Assembly (NCBI GenBank): GCA_040081625.1
Contig: JBEBGD010000084.1
Span: forward strand, 1 to 24,455
Direction: 5' to 3'
Length of the DNA stretch: 24,455 nt
From: Chthoniobacteraceae bacterium
GTDB taxonomy: Bacteria > Verrucomicrobiota > Verrucomicrobiia > Chthoniobacterales > Chthoniobacteraceae
The position numbers were made by a program, and so were the translations under genes. The notes under the pieces are model-generated. The model was not told the origin of the DNA, ran no database searches, and worked only from the letters and a program-made list of their open reading frames with translations. This document shows positions 1 through 9,421 of the stretch, in pieces. The first letter of the stretch is position 1, and each line of letters starts with the position of its first letter.

Positions 1-93
1 CTATTGTTGGTTGATGCTCTGGCACATGAGAAGAATGTACCTAAAGGTGTGATTTTTAACGCCTTGGAGTTTGCGCTCGCCTCCGCAACGAAG
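1..93 (+). other. nusA: Fragment of a foreign nusA 5' region (probable chimeric contig end)
   Basis: Frame 1 reads LLLVDALAHEKNVPKGVIFNALEFALASATK, which I recognise as the betaproteobacterial-type NusA N-terminus (MSREILLLVDALAxEKNVxKxVIFxALExALASATKK). Bases 1-60 are 23/60 G+C with AT-ending codons, unlike the rest of the window. Confidence 0.8.
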
Positions 94-639
94 AGCATCC
101 ACCGAATCGCCACCGATCTGCGTCACGAATTCGCCGACGAGGCCTCGCCGCCGCTGCTCGACGAGCAGCGTTCCGCGGTCCTCGCTGCCGCCCGGGTGGC
201 CGCCGGTCCATCGAGTTGGTGGCAGCGCGGGCCGGCCATCGCTGCGGCGGCGGCGTGCGCGGTTGTCGCGCTCGGGACGGCGATCTATTTGCAGACACAG
301 CATGTGCGCGGCTTGCGTCCCATGGCCGGCGACCCCGGCCCGGGCTACAACGTGACGACGCGCCTGTTCGAGAACGCATCGATCCCTGCACCCGATAGCG
401 TGCTGGCGCCAAAGCCCGGCACAGTCACTGCCGGACCTGTGAATCCAAATCCTACGATCGCGCCGGCGCGCATCACGTCCGACTTCGCCGTGCCGGGTGC
501 GCCCGGCGAACGCCCGCGCACGATCGTCGCAGCCAGCCCGGCGCCGAGCGTCGATCCGGGCACCTTGCCCCCGGCGATTACGAAGCGCGACGAGGCAGCA
601 GACCTGCGCCTCGGCAGCCGGAAGCCGCCGAAGCGCTGA
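94..639 (+). CDS. Partial single-pass membrane protein (anti-sigma-factor-like layout); true 5' end missing
   Basis: After the nusA-like piece the ORF continues ...LRHEFADEASPPLLDEQRSAVLAAA..WWQRGPAIAAAAACAVVALGTAIYL (one TM helix) then a Pro-rich tail; host-like high GC codon usage. Confidence 0.5.
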   Translation, partial: SIHRIATDLRHEFADEASPPLLDEQRSAVLAAARVAAGPSSWWQRGPAIAAAAACAVVALGTAIYLQTQHVRGLRPMAGDPGPGYNVTTRLFENASIPAPDSVLAPKPGTVTAGPVNPNPTIAPARITSDFAVPGAPGERPRTIVAASPAPSVDPGTLPPAITKRDEAADLRLGSRKPPKR

Positions 640-651
640 GGCTGCGGGTGC

Positions 652-680
652 TTGCGGGACGGCGTGCGGCGGCGCACTCT
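652..680 (+). promoter_or_regulatory. Putative sigma70-type promoter for a leaderless transcript
   Basis: TTGCGG (652-657) - 17 bp - CACTCT (675-680) - 7 bp - GTG start at 688; no Shine-Dalgarno. Confidence 0.45.
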
Positions 681-687
681 CGCGACC

Positions 688-1002
688 GTGATTTCGTCCA
701 AGTCCATCGTCCACCTCACCCGCACCCTGCTTCGCGACACGCGGGCGAGGCGCACGCTGATGTTCTACATCGCGCTGGCGGCGGTGCTCATGGTCTTCAT
801 CGGATCGGTGCTGCTCGTTGCGCCGCTGCGCGCTCATCCGCTGCTCTTCATCGGCTACTGGGCCGTGTGCGCGTGGTTCACCGTCGCGGCGATGTTGTTG
901 GCCGTTTTCGATTTGCTCGTCGTGCGCTCGGCCGGACGCGCCGCGCGCCGCGCACTCGAGCGCGATACTCACCCGCCCGACGATGATTCGCACGCGGGCT
1001 GA
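688..1002 (+). CDS. Small hypothetical membrane protein (two TM segments)
   Basis: GTG at 688 in frame with ORF 652..1002; two hydrophobic stretches (MFYIALAAVLMVFIGSVLLVA; LLFIGYWAVCAWFTVAAMLLAVFDLLVV); overlaps dgt start. Confidence 0.75.
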   Translation: MISSKSIVHLTRTLLRDTRARRTLMFYIALAAVLMVFIGSVLLVAPLRAHPLLFIGYWAVCAWFTVAAMLLAVFDLLVVRSAGRAARRALERDTHPPDDDSHAG

Positions 1003-2125
1003 ACTCGAGGCGCTCGAAGACGCGCGGCTCGCACCTTACGCGCAAATGACCAGCGCGAGCACGGGGCGCGAGCACCCCGAGCCGCCGCATCCGCAACGGC
1101 TCGAATACGAGCGTGACCGCGCGCGGATCGTCCACAGCCAGGCGTTCCGACGGCTCGAGTATAAGACGCAGGTCTTTCTCAACGGCACGGGCGATCACTT
1201 CCGCACGCGGCTCACGCACACGATGGAAGTGGCGTCGATCAGCCGCACGATCGCGCGCGGACTCGGCTTGAACGAAGACCTCACCGAGGCCATCGCGCTC
1301 GCGCACGATCTCGGTCATCCGCCCTTCGGCCACAGCGGCGAGGAGCAGCTCGACCGGCTGATGCGGAAGCACGGCGGCTTCGATCACAACGCGCAGAGCC
1401 TGCGCATCGTCGAGCAGATCGAGCACAAGTATCCGCGCTTCGCCGGGCTGAACCTCACGTGGGAAGTGCGCGAGGGATTGCACAAGCACGTGCGCTTTCA
1501 CCAAGCCGCGAAAGGTGGCGCGAAGAATCGCTCCCCGAGCCTCGAGGCGCAAATCGCGAACCTCGCCGACGAGATCACCTACTACAGCCACGATCTCGAC
1601 GACGGCCTCGACGCTGGCCTGCTCGGCATGGAGCAGCTCGCGGAGCTCGATGCGTGGACCGAAAGCGCCGCGCACGTGCGGCAGCATTTTCCGAAGCTCA
1701 AGGGCAAGGAACTCGCCAGCTACATCATCCGCTGCCTCATCGATCGGCAGGTGCAGGACGTGATCACCGCGAGCGCCGGCGCGATCGCGAAGGCGGGAGT
1801 CAGGAGCGTCGAAGCCGTGCGCCGCCAGCCGCGCCCGCTCATCCGCTACAGCGACGCGCTGCGGCGTGCGAATGCGAAGCTGCGAAAATTTCTCTACGCG
1901 AATCTCTACTTCCACGAAGCCGTGGCGGGGGTGAACCAGCGCGCGTGCGCGATGCTTGCGCGGGTCTTCGGCGCGTATCTCGACGACCCGCGCCAGCTCG
2001 GCCGCTCGACGACAAAGCGGCTCGAGCGCGACGGCCTGCACCGGACCGTGTGCGACTTCATCGCCGGGATGACCGACCGCTACCTCATGCGCGAGCACGA
2101 GCGGCTCTTCGGAGTCGCCGACTAG
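983..2125 (+). CDS. dgt: Deoxyguanosinetriphosphate triphosphohydrolase (HD-domain dGTPase)
   Basis: ATG at 983 (MIRTRAELE); motifs ERDRARIVHSQAFRRLEYKTQVF, RTRLTHTMEV, AHDLGHPPFGHSGE, FDHNAQSLR, DFIAGMTDRY. Confidence 0.95.
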   Translation: MIRTRAELEALEDARLAPYAQMTSASTGREHPEPPHPQRLEYERDRARIVHSQAFRRLEYKTQVFLNGTGDHFRTRLTHTMEVASISRTIARGLGLNEDLTEAIALAHDLGHPPFGHSGEEQLDRLMRKHGGFDHNAQSLRIVEQIEHKYPRFAGLNLTWEVREGLHKHVRFHQAAKGGAKNRSPSLEAQIANLADEITYYSHDLDDGLDAGLLGMEQLAELDAWTESAAHVRQHFPKLKGKELASYIIRCLIDRQVQDVITASAGAIAKAGVRSVEAVRRQPRPLIRYSDALRRANAKLRKFLYANLYFHEAVAGVNQRACAMLARVFGAYLDDPRQLGRSTTKRLERDGLHRTVCDFIAGMTDRYLMREHERLFGVAD

Positions 2126-2721
2126 GGCAACTCGTCGCCGAGGTGCTTGATGAGCGTGCGGAGACGGTCGGCGACACGCTGGGTCTCGAGCACTTTTTGC
2201 CGGCGCGCGGCGTCGCGCACGAAGGTGTGCGCGACGATGTCGCAGAGCACGGACGGGTCGTCCACTTGGGCGAGTTGCTCGTCGAGCTTTTCGGAAATCT
2301 GCGCGCCTTGCGCCTGGAAGTGCGCGCAGAACTCGAGCACCTGCGCGCTGAGCACTTCGCCCTCCTCGGCACCGGCGGGTTCGCTCGGCACTTCGCGCAG
2401 TTGCGCGACGCGAAACGGCCTTTCCTGCGCGAATCCGGTGAACTCGACGCGCGCAAATCCCTGCAGCACGAGGTGCGAAGTGCCGTCATCATGGGTCGCA
2501 CATGCGCGCACGACGCCGATGCCGGCGAGATGGTGAAAGTCCTCGACGCTGCGCGCCTCCTCGATGCCGGGCTTCATCAGTGCGAGGCAAAACACACGCT
2601 CGTGCTCGAGCGCCCACGCGAGCATCTCGCGGTTGCGCGGCTCGAAGATGAACAGCGGCATCAACGCATGGGGAAAGAGCGTCGTGTTCGGCAGCACCAT
2701 GATGGGTGCTTGCTTTGGCAT
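2122..2721 (-). CDS. Stand-alone LON peptidase substrate-binding (N-terminal) domain protein
   Basis: PIMVLPNTTLFPHALMPLFIFEPRNREML motif of Lon N-domain; no AAA+ or protease domain. Start uncertain (ATG 2721 or GTG 2748). Confidence 0.85.
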   Translation of the reverse strand: MPKQAPIMVLPNTTLFPHALMPLFIFEPRNREMLAWALEHERVFCLALMKPGIEEARSVEDFHHLAGIGVVRACATHDDGTSHLVLQGFARVEFTGFAQERPFRVAQLREVPSEPAGAEEGEVLSAQVLEFCAHFQAQGAQISEKLDEQLAQVDDPSVLCDIVAHTFVRDAARRQKVLETQRVADRLRTLIKHLGDELP

Positions 2722-2880
2722 GCTGAATGGAGTGCTGCGGATTTTCACGAGTGGTTCGAGTTGCCCGTGTGGACAACGAATCGTGCCTGACCGTCCAGCA
2801 GGCTGCAAGCCGCGAGCAACGCTACTCGCATTTGCAGTTGCCATCGCGACGCGGAGCGCGCTCCGTTGCCGGCCCTGCCC

Positions 2881-4044
2881 ATGCCCAAGCAATCACCGTC
2901 CGACCCGAATCCAATCACTCGCGCCCTTCCCTGGCTGATCGGGGCCGCCGCGATCGTCGCGGGCACGGTTTATCTTTTCCAATCCGGCGCATCAAAACCA
3001 GCGGCGAGCGAAGGCGTCGGTCCATTCGGGCCGACGATCGCGAACACCGCGCCCGCACCCGGCGCCGCGCCCGAGGGCATGGTCTGGATTCCCGGCGGCG
3101 AATATTCCATGGGCAGCGAAGACCCGACGACGTGTGGCTGCGAAGGCGCCGGGCACGACCCGATGCCCGATGCGCGCCCGATCCATCGCGTGCAGGTGGA
3201 CGGGTATTTCATCGACGCGACGGAGGTGACCAATGAGCAGTATGCGAAGTTCGCGGAGGCGACGGGCTACATCACCATCGCCGAGCGCGTGCCGCGCGCG
3301 GAGGATTTCCCCGGCGCGCCGCCGGAGAATCTGGTCGCGGGTTCGACGGTGTTCACCGCGACGGCTGCGCCGGTGCCGCTCGATTCGCACTACCGCTGGT
3401 GGCGGTATCAGCCGGGCGCGAACTGGCGTCATCCCGACGGGCCGTCATCCGACTGGCAGACGCGAAAGAATCACCCCGTCGTTCACATCGGCTACGAGGA
3501 CGCGGAGGCTTACTGCAAATGGGCCGGCAAGCGGATGCCGACCGAGGCGGAGTGGGAATTCGCGGCGCGCGGCGGGAAGGCAGGGCAGCGCTTCGCGTGG
3601 GGCGAGAACCTGCGGCTCGACGGCAAATACATGGCGAACACGTTTCAGGGGAAATTCCCCGTCACCGACAGCGCCGCTGATGGTTTCGCGGGCATCGCGC
3701 CCGTCGCCCAGTTTTCCCCGAACCCCTACGGCCTCTACGACATCGCGGGCAATGTGTGGGAGTGGTGCAGCGACTGGTATCGAGAGGACACTTACGCGCG
3801 CGATGCCGCACAAGGCCTCGTGCGCAATCCGCAAGGGCCCGCGGATTCCTTCGATCCGGCTGAGCCGCAGGAAAAGAAGCGTGTGCATCGCAGCGGCTCC
3901 TTCCTGTGCACGGAGGAATACTGCTCGCGCTACATCACCGGCACGCGCGGCAAGGGCGAGATCAGCACGGGGAGCAATCACACCGGCTTCCGCTGCGTGA
4001 TGACCCCCGAACAATATCGGCAGCGAAAGACCGCGGGACGCTGA
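2881..4044 (+). CDS. Formylglycine-generating enzyme (SUMF1/FGE-sulfatase) family protein with N-terminal membrane anchor
   Basis: [98 protein letters not shown]. Confidence 0.93.
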   Translation: MPKQSPSDPNPITRALPWLIGAAAIVAGTVYLFQSGASKPAASEGVGPFGPTIANTAPAPGAAPEGMVWIPGGEYSMGSEDPTTCGCEGAGHDPMPDARPIHRVQVDGYFIDATEVTNEQYAKFAEATGYITIAERVPRAEDFPGAPPENLVAGSTVFTATAAPVPLDSHYRWWRYQPGANWRHPDGPSSDWQTRKNHPVVHIGYEDAEAYCKWAGKRMPTEAEWEFAARGGKAGQRFAWGENLRLDGKYMANTFQGKFPVTDSAADGFAGIAPVAQFSPNPYGLYDIAGNVWEWCSDWYREDTYARDAAQGLVRNPQGPADSFDPAEPQEKKRVHRSGSFLCTEEYCSRYITGTRGKGEISTGSNHTGFRCVMTPEQYRQRKTAGR

Positions 4045-4047
4045 GCC

Positions 4048-4938
4048 GTGCCCGCCGCTCACACCCATCATCGCCTCGCCACAGGCGCGCGTTTCGCGCT
4101 GCTCGGCATCGTGGTGAATTGCGTGCTCGCAGCGGTGAAGATCACCGCCGGCGTGCTCGGCCACGCCTACGCGCTCATCGCCGACGGCATCGAGTCGTTG
4201 CTCGATATCTTCGGTTCGCTGGCGATCTGGTGGGGATTGAAGGTCGCCGCTGAGCCGCCGGACGCGGATCATCCCTACGGCCACGGGAAGGCCGAACCAC
4301 TCGCGGCACTGATCGTTTCATTCGTGGTGCTCGGCACGGCGCTCGCGCTCGCGGTGCAGAGTGTGCGCGAGATCTTGATCCCCCACCACACGCCGAAGCA
4401 ATTCACTCTCTACGTGCTGCTCGGCGTCGTGGTGGTGAAGGAACTCCTCCACCGCAAGGTGCTGAGCGCCGGACACGCGCTCGACAGCAGCGCGGTGAAG
4501 ACGGACGCGTGGCATCATCGCGCGGATGCGATCACCTCGACGGCGGCGTTCATCGGGATCAGCATCGCGCTCTTCACCGGTTGGGCGCCGGCGGACGACT
4601 GGGCCGCGCTCTTCGCGTGCGGATTCATCGCGTGGAACGGCAGCCAACTGCTGCGCTCGGCTCTGCGCGACACGATGGACACCGCCTCGCCCGAGCTGGA
4701 GGAAAGCGTGCGCGCGGTCGCCACTTCGGTGCCGGGCGTGGCGGCGCTAGACATCTGCCTGATCCGAAAGAGCGGGCTGGAGTATTTCGTGGACCTGCAC
4801 GTCGGCGTGAATCCCGATCTGAGCGTGCGCGAGAGCCACCGGATCGCTCACGCGGTGCGCGATGCAATCCGCGGCGCGCTTCCGTCGGTGAGCGAGGTGC
4901 TCGTCCACATCGAGCCGGAGGACGAGCTCGAGGACTAG
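4048..4938 (+). CDS. Cation diffusion facilitator (CDF) family transporter
   Basis: ALIADGIESLLD, PPDADHPYGHGKAEPLA, DAWHHRADAITS, C-terminal SHRIAH..VLVHIEP. Confidence 0.93.
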   Translation: MPAAHTHHRLATGARFALLGIVVNCVLAAVKITAGVLGHAYALIADGIESLLDIFGSLAIWWGLKVAAEPPDADHPYGHGKAEPLAALIVSFVVLGTALALAVQSVREILIPHHTPKQFTLYVLLGVVVVKELLHRKVLSAGHALDSSAVKTDAWHHRADAITSTAAFIGISIALFTGWAPADDWAALFACGFIAWNGSQLLRSALRDTMDTASPELEESVRAVATSVPGVAALDICLIRKSGLEYFVDLHVGVNPDLSVRESHRIAHAVRDAIRGALPSVSEVLVHIEPEDELED

Positions 4939-6315
<1,377 letters not shown>

Positions 6316-6321
6316 ATGGGA

Positions 6322-6388
6322 ACCACCAAGACACCAAGGCACCAACGGAGACTGCTGTTCCCTCTTGGTGCCTTGGTGTCTTGGTGGT
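6322..6388. repeat. 24-bp perfect inverted repeat whose arms are tandem CACCAAGR units
   Basis: ACCACCAAGACACCAAGGCACCAA (6322-6345) / TTGGTGCCTTGGTGTCTTGGTGGT (6365-6388), 19-nt spacer, filling the purA-uppS intergenic region. Confidence 0.9.
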
Positions 6389-6398
6389 GAACAAAACC

Positions 6399-7097
6399 AT
6401 GAACCCTCCCCGCCACATCGCCGTCATCATGGATGGCAACGGCCGATGGGCGAAGGAGCGCGGACTTGCCCGCATCGCCGGGCACGAGAAGGGCGCGGAC
6501 TCGCTGCGCGCGGTGGTCGAAGGCTGCGCGGAACTCGGCGTCGAGTTCCTGACCGTGTATGCCTTTTCGACGGAGAACTGGTCGCGACCAAAGGACGAAG
6601 TAAACGCGCTGATGAAGCTGCTCGAGCTTTTCATCGAGAAGGAAACCGCGGAGCTGATCGAGAAAGGCATCCGCCTCCAGGCCATCGGTCGGCTGACCGA
6701 TCTTCCCGCGAGCTGCCAGCAGGCGCTTCACAAGGCGATCGAGGCGACCGTTGACGGGAAGCGCCTCACGCTCGTGCTCGCGCTCAGCTACAGCGGCCGC
6801 ACGGAGATCACCGACGCGGTGAAGTCGATCGTGCGCGAGGTGCAGGCGGGGCACATCGATTCGGCGATGATCGATCCCGAGCTGATCTCGCGGCATTTAT
6901 ATACCCGCGTGTATCCCGACCCCGACCTGCTCATCCGCACATCGGGCGAGATGCGGCTGTCGAACTTCCTGCTCTGGCAGCTCAGCTACACGGAGATCGT
7001 CGTGACCGAGAAGCTCTGGCCGGACTTTGGCAAAGAGGAACTGAACGCCGCGATCGCGGAGTTCCACCGGCGGGACCGACGTTTCGGCGGAGTCTGA
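6399..7097 (+). CDS. uppS: Isoprenyl transferase / undecaprenyl diphosphate synthase
   Basis: ATG at 6399; PRHIAVIMDGNGRWA, YAFSTENWSRPKDEV, LALSYSGRTEI, PDPDLLIRTSGEMRLSNFLLWQLSYTE, LWPDF, RRFGG. Confidence 0.98.
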   Translation: MNPPRHIAVIMDGNGRWAKERGLARIAGHEKGADSLRAVVEGCAELGVEFLTVYAFSTENWSRPKDEVNALMKLLELFIEKETAELIEKGIRLQAIGRLTDLPASCQQALHKAIEATVDGKRLTLVLALSYSGRTEITDAVKSIVREVQAGHIDSAMIDPELISRHLYTRVYPDPDLLIRTSGEMRLSNFLLWQLSYTEIVVTEKLWPDFGKEELNAAIAEFHRRDRRFGGV

Positions 7098-7103
7098 ATG
7101 CGT

Positions 7104-7155
7104 GAAGTGGCAAAAGATCGCCACTTCGCCCTTTCGCCGACCGGCGAATTCTTGT
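7104..7155 (+). terminator. Two tandem short hairpins after uppS (possible terminator or operator)
   Basis: GAAGTGGC-N8-GCCACTTC (7104-7127) and TTCGCC-GACC-GGCGAA (7133-7148) followed by TTCTTGT. Confidence 0.4.
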
Positions 7156-7175
7156 AACACGCGGACCAATCCGAA

Positions 7176-8603
7176 ATGGAGAAGCCACAAGTCATCCTCG
7201 TCATCGATCCCGACACCGATTTTCTGGACTGGATCAATCGCCAGCTCGCCACCGCGGGCACGCGGGTGATCACGGCCACGACTTCCGACGAAGGTTTCAA
7301 GCGATGGACGCGCGAGGACCCCGACGTGGTCATCTGCGAGACACATCTCTCCCCGTTCAGCGGCATGGAGCTGCTCGTGAAGATGCGCCAGCGCAACCCG
7401 AACGCGACCGTCGTGCTCATCAGTCAGTTCGGCACCACTCAGTCGGTCATCGAGTCGATGAAGCTGGGCGCCTTCGATTTCATCCGGAAGGAAGCGCTGC
7501 CCTTCAACCTCAAGGGCGTCGTGGATGCCGCGCTCAAGGCGCAGATCGAGATGAAGGCGGCGACGGAGATGAAGGCCACGCTCACCGTCGAGGAGCATCA
7601 GGATTCCATCGTCGGCAAATCGCCCGCGATGCAGCAGGTCTTCAAGATGGTCGGTCGCGTCTCTCACAGCGATGCGCCGGCGATGATCACTGGCGAGAGC
7701 GGCACGGGCAAGGAACTGGTCGCGCGCGCCATCCATCACTACAGCCCGCGCAATCCGAAGACGTTCGTCGCGATCAACTGCGCGGCGATCCCGGAACATC
7801 TGCTCGAGAGCGAGCTCTTCGGCCATGAGAAGGGCTCCTTCACCGGCGCGACAGGGCAGCGCATCGGGCGATTTGAGCAGTGCAATGGCGGCACGCTCTT
7901 CCTCGATGAGATCGGCGACATGCCCGCGGCCTTGCAGAGTAAAATCCTGCGCGTGCTCCAAGGCGGCGAGTTCTCCCGGGTCGGCGGCAACGACGTGCTC
8001 AAGAGCGACGTGCGAATCATCTGCGCGACGAACAAGAACCTCGAGCAGGAGGTCGGCGAGAAGCGCTTCCGCGAAGATCTGTTTTACCGGCTCAACGTCG
8101 TCCGCATCCAGCTCCCGCCGCTGCGTCAGCGCGTCGAGGACATCCAGCCGCTGGCCGAATACTTCCTGCAAAAGGTCGCGGCCATGAAACGGCTGCCACG
8201 TCTGCGGCTTAGCGAAGAAGCCGTGCGCGTGCTCGAAGGCTACCCGTGGCCGGGCAACGTGCGCGAGCTGGAGAACACCATCCAGCGCGCCGTCGTGCTC
8301 GCCGGCAGCGACCTTTTGCTGCCCAAGGACATCCCACTCGGAGCGCCCGCGACCGATGGTGGGCCGGTCGCCGAGCCAGGTGCGATCACGACCGGGAAGG
8401 CGATCGAAGTGCTGCTCAAAGTCGCGCAAGCGGATCCGAGCGTGCAACTGCTGCCGTGGCTGGAGCGCGAGTTTACCATGCACGCCATGACCGTCACAAA
8501 AGGCAACCAAGTCCGTGCGGCCAAGCTATTAGGCATCACTCGCGCGACGCTGCGAAAGCGCCTGGAGCGATTCAACATCACCAAGGAGCTGACCATCTCG
8601 TGA
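7176..8603 (+). CDS. Sigma54-dependent enhancer-binding protein (NtrC/AtoC family: receiver-AAA+-Fis HTH) with atypical receiver
   Basis: Walker A GESGTGKE, ESELFGHEKGSFTGA loop, Walker B LFLDEIG, FREDLFYRLNV, WPGNVRELEN, HTH GNQVRAAKLLGITRATLRKRL. Confidence 0.95.
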   Translation: MEKPQVILVIDPDTDFLDWINRQLATAGTRVITATTSDEGFKRWTREDPDVVICETHLSPFSGMELLVKMRQRNPNATVVLISQFGTTQSVIESMKLGAFDFIRKEALPFNLKGVVDAALKAQIEMKAATEMKATLTVEEHQDSIVGKSPAMQQVFKMVGRVSHSDAPAMITGESGTGKELVARAIHHYSPRNPKTFVAINCAAIPEHLLESELFGHEKGSFTGATGQRIGRFEQCNGGTLFLDEIGDMPAALQSKILRVLQGGEFSRVGGNDVLKSDVRIICATNKNLEQEVGEKRFREDLFYRLNVVRIQLPPLRQRVEDIQPLAEYFLQKVAAMKRLPRLRLSEEAVRVLEGYPWPGNVRELENTIQRAVVLAGSDLLLPKDIPLGAPATDGGPVAEPGAITTGKAIEVLLKVAQADPSVQLLPWLEREFTMHAMTVTKGNQVRAAKLLGITRATLRKRLERFNITKELTIS

Positions 8604-9376
8604 ACGCGTGGCGCTGGACCGGCGCCGCCTTCGAGCCGGCGGAAAGCGTGCCGCTGACCGATCGTGGATTTCGCTACGGGATGAGCGTGTTCGAGAGCAT
8701 CCGCATCGCGGGCGGCGAGCCGGAGTTTTGGGAAGGCCACGCCGCCCGGCTGCTCGCCGCGTGCGGTGATCGCGAGCTGTTGCTCGACGAAGCCGCGCTC
8801 CCCGCCGCACGCGGAATCCTCAGCGGCACCGACGGTTTCGCCCGCCTCTACGTCACCGCCGGCGACGGCCCGCTCACCGGTCCCGCCACACACCCGCGCA
8901 TCTTCGTCTTCATCGAAGAGCGCCTACCCACCACGGACGAGAGCTACGAAGTCACGCTCAGCGAGGAGACCTACCGCGCACCGTTCGGCGGACTGAAGAC
9001 GGCGAACTATTGGTTCAACGCCGACGTGCTCTCGCGGGCGCGCCACCGTGGCTTCGACGAAGCGCTGCTCTTCAACGACCGTGCCGAACTCGTCTCCGCG
9101 TGCTGCGCGAATGTTTTCGTCCTCCGCGACGATCGCCTCGCCACCCCGCCCCGCTCCAGCGGCGCGCGCACCGGCGTGATCCGCGAGTGGGTAATCCGCC
9201 GCCGCAAAGTCGAGGAACGCCGCCTGCGCCGCGAGGATGTGGTCAACGCCGACGAGATTTTCCTGACGAACTCCTGGCTCGGCGTGATGCCGGTCGCGAC
9301 CGTCGAAGGCCGGCCGCTCGGCCATCGCATGATCGCCCCGCGCCTCGCCGCCGAGTTGGAAAACCGGCGCGTGTAG
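8600..9376 (+). CDS. Class IV PLP-dependent aminotransferase / aminodeoxychorismate lyase-like
   Basis: GTG at 8600 overlapping upstream TGA (GTGA); DRGFRYGMSVFESIR, LKTANY (PLP Lys), GFDEALLFN, ADEIFLTNSWLGVMPV. Confidence 0.9.
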   Translation: MNAWRWTGAAFEPAESVPLTDRGFRYGMSVFESIRIAGGEPEFWEGHAARLLAACGDRELLLDEAALPAARGILSGTDGFARLYVTAGDGPLTGPATHPRIFVFIEERLPTTDESYEVTLSEETYRAPFGGLKTANYWFNADVLSRARHRGFDEALLFNDRAELVSACCANVFVLRDDRLATPPRSSGARTGVIREWVIRRRKVEERRLRREDVVNADEIFLTNSWLGVMPVATVEGRPLGHRMIAPRLAAELENRRV

Positions 9377-9421
9377 CCGCGTCGCTCTGCGACGCGCTCG
9401 GCGCAGAGCGCCGCGGCTACA
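9372..9421. repeat. GTAG-type REP doublet (REPIN-like hairpin) between convergent genes
   Basis: TGTAGCCGCGTCGCTCTGCG ... CGCAGAGCGCCGCGGCTACA, 20-bp arms with one mismatch; internal palindrome GCGTCGC-TCT-GCGACGC. Confidence 0.8.

Noticed and set aside
983..2125. dGTPase as an anti-phage nucleotide-depletion system
   Set aside because: Host-like codon usage, housekeeping neighbours and typical short Dgt length; nothing indicates a defence context.
7108..7122. Possible sigma54 promoter TGGCAAAAGATCGC upstream of the enhancer-binding protein
   Set aside because: GG-to-GC spacing is 9 nt rather than the required 10; better explained as part of an inverted repeat.
6897..8510. Long antisense ORFs (also 878-2098, 5020-6345, 9600-11540, 20033-21709, 21718-23532)
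   Set aside because: Mirror frames of well-supported genes, expected from high GC3 codon bias; no recognisable motifs.
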